DNA of 64,000 nt from positions 38,586 through 102,585 of the forward strand of contig NIVC01003357.1 in assembly GCA_002269645.1 (NCBI GenBank), given 5' to 3'. The notes beneath the pieces are model-generated. The model was not told where the DNA came from and searched no databases. It was given only the letters and a program-made list of their open reading frames with translations. This document shows, piece by piece, positions 56,520 to 64,000 of this stretch (position 1 is the first letter of the stretch; the number at the start of each line of letters is the position of its first letter). Made by a program: the position numbers and the translations under genes. This stretch comes from Macrostomum lignano. Taxonomy: Eukaryota.

Positions 56520-57034
56520 GTGAGCAGGGGTGTTCCTGGTGACCATGTGTTCTCGTGATCAGTGTGTTTCTGTGAGAGGTTCAGGGCGTATTTGAAATGT
56601 TTTCCCGCGGTCCTGTCCCGCTTGTCCAGCAGGCGCTCTCATGCTCATCCCAGCTTCCCAGTCCGGGCGCATAAGCCGAGAAAGGAAGTAAGGATTGACA
56701 ATACAGAGTAGGAGAAGGTTGAAATTGCATTTCAAAGCATTTTTAGCTGTGATATTTTCCTTTGACTATACTCGTACTGGCATATCCGAAGCGGAAGCCC
56801 GTTAGAGCCTGATCAATGGGAGCCTTGTCAGAATCCTTCATCATTTTGAGCGCCTCTAAAGACAGTGGACAAACGAATAGAAGGAAACTCGGTTGGCTCA
56901 AGGGCCGAGCATGACCACCTGCTGCTTTGTGTTGCAGTGAGTCCTAGCTGCTCAATGCTGAGGCTGCTGGCTCGCAAATTTAATTGTCATTCAAGCTGGC
57001 TAATGATGCCCGGAAACTGAAACTGCTCTTTGAA

Positions 57035-57450
<416 letters not shown>

Positions 57451-57489
57451 AGACTCGTAGATAAACTACGTGCATTCTTCCCATCCCAG

Positions 57490-57657
57490 GCAAGCTGTGG
57501 ACAGCCCCGGAGCTGCTTCGCATCGCCGCCTCGGACTCGAACTTTGACGGCACCAAGGAGGGCGACGTATACAGCTTCGGCATCATCGCTCAGGAGACCA
57601 TGTACCGGAAGGGTGTCTTTTATCTGGCTGATGGCGAGGACTGCGTTGAACCGCAGG
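57490..57657 (+). CDS. Receptor guanylyl cyclase, exon 8 ([11 protein letters not shown]...[12 protein letters not shown])
   Basis: CCCAG acceptor, GTGAGG donor, phases 1/1. Absent from the ORF track. Confidence 0.93.
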
Positions 57658-57853
57658 GTGAGGAGCCCTCTTGTTTAAAATAGTTACTACCCATCTTCAC
57701 CTTCACTTCCTATCTACGAGCTACCCCTCTTTTACTTTCTTCCCCTCCCTTTGTTTCTATCCCTCCATGCTTTTCTGCCCCGTCTCCTCCTTACACTTCC
57801 GCCAGACCCGCACTGCACAGACCGCACAAAGACCTCCCCACACTCACCCGCAG

Positions 57854-58332
57854 AGCTGGTGTCCCGCATTCGTTCTCCGCCTGAGCCGCAACAGCAGCCG
57901 CTGCGCCCGAGCCTGAGCTTGGAGGAGCTGCCGCCAGGCCTGGACGGGGATCGAGCCCACGCCCTTCTCAGCCTAGTCGGCAGCTGCTGGCGGGAGGAGC
58001 CCAGCACCCGGCCGACATTCAACAGCGTCAAAAGCCGAGTTGGCCGGCTGAACAAAGAGGCGGCAGGATCTGGCAACATCCTGGACAATCTGCTGCAGCG
58101 GATGGAGCTGTACTCCAACAACCTGGAGACTCTGGTTGCCAAGCGGACAGATCAGTACCTGGAGGAAAAGAAGAAGGCGGAAAACCTGTTGTACTGCATG
58201 CTGCCAAAGTCGGTGGCCACCACCTTGATGCGAGGCGAATCCGTGGCCGCTGAATGGTTCGACTCTGTCACCATCTACTTCTCCGACATCTGCGGCTTCA
58301 CGGCGCTGTCTAGCGAGAGCACCCCCATGGAG
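57854..58332 (+). CDS. Receptor guanylyl cyclase, exon 9 (KHD end, dimerisation helix, start of cyclase domain); gene continues beyond the window
   Basis: CWREEPSTRPTF, NILDNLLQRMELYSNNLETLV, AENLLYCMLPKSVA, VTIYFSDICGFTALS..STPME|GT. Confidence 0.95.
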
Positions 58333-58389
58333 GTGCGCCGGGCTGCACGGCTTTGTGCTGCGCAATCTGATGCTGGCTCAATACTGACC

Positions 58390-59165
58390 CCTTAGCTACA
58401 GGCACCCATTAGCTATTTGCACCCCTTAACTGCAGGCACCCCTAGCTACAGGCACCCTTAGCTACAGACACCCTTAGCTAGCTACAGGCACCCTTAGCTA
58501 CAGACACCCTTAGCTACAGGCACCCTTAGCTACTGGCACCCTTAGCTACAGACACCCTTAGCTACAGGCACCCTTAGCTACAGGCACCCTTAGCTACAGA
58601 CATCCTTAGCTACAGACACCCTTAGCTACAGACACCCTTAGCTACAGGCACCCTTAGCTACAGGCACCCTTAGCTACAGGCACCCTTGGCTACAGGCACC
58701 CTTAGCTACAGGCACCCTTAGCTACAGGCACCCTTAGCTACAGACATCCTTAGCTACAGGCGCCCTTAGCTACAGACATCCTTAGCTACAGGCACCCTTA
58801 GCTACAGGCACCCTTAGCTACTGGCACCCATTAGCTATTTGCACCCCTTAACTGCAGGCACCCTTAGATACAGGAAGCCTTGGCAACAGGCACCCTTAGC
58901 TACAGGCACCCTTAGCTACAGGCACCCTTAGCTACAGGCACCCTTAGCTACAGACACCCTTAGCTACAGACATCCTTAGCTACAGACATCCTTAGCTACA
59001 GGCACCCTTAGCTACAGACATCCTTAGCTACAGGCACCCTTAGCTACTGGCACCCATTAGCTATTTGCACCCCTTAACTGCAGGCACCCTTAGATACAGG
59101 CACCCTTAGCTACAGGCACCCTTAGCTACAGGCACCCTTAGCTACAGACATCCTTAGCTACAGGC
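58390..59165. repeat. 16-bp minisatellite (CACCCTTAGCTACAGG)n with recurring variant blocks
   Basis: The variant block CCCATTAGCTATTTGCACCCCTTAACTGCAGG recurs near 58405, 58825 and 59050. Confidence 0.95.
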
Positions 59166-59173
59166 ACACGCCT

Positions 59174-64000
<4,827 letters not shown>

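Overview
AT-rich eukaryotic (metazoan invertebrate) genomic DNA with spliced genes, many transposons and many tandem repeats. The style suggests a free-living flatworm such as Macrostomum, but that is inference only. There are no prokaryotic operons or CRISPR arrays. Host genes: (1) a 3-exon Rheb-family GTPase on the minus strand (join 15634-15586, 6719-6310, 5775-5686; 182 aa, CAAX CNLS) whose 8.9-kb first intron holds two MITEs and a LINE remnant; (2) a 2-exon DEG/ENaC channel on the minus strand (28144-26782, 26627-26257; about 577 aa); (3) a natriuretic-peptide-receptor-like receptor guanylyl cyclase on the plus strand (9 exons, 45408-58332, catalytic domain continuing beyond the window); (4) an upstream, independent signal-peptide plus ANF-receptor ectodomain module (34543-34907, 37434-37855) with no TM, kinase or cyclase exons of its own. 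Its last clear donor is in frame with exon 3 of the cyclase gene. Mobile DNA: a complete 7.4-kb EnSpm/CMC element (15767-23203, CCC..GGG termini, TG TSD) encoding a BEN-domain protein and a frameshifted transposase; five MITEs with about 8-bp TSDs; four LOA/I-group LINE copies with TAAG-type tails; a tRNA-like SINE head; a dispersed repeat carrying TTAGGG tracts; and about 20 micro/minisatellite arrays, many abutting splice sites. All calls come from reading the sequence; no searches were run.
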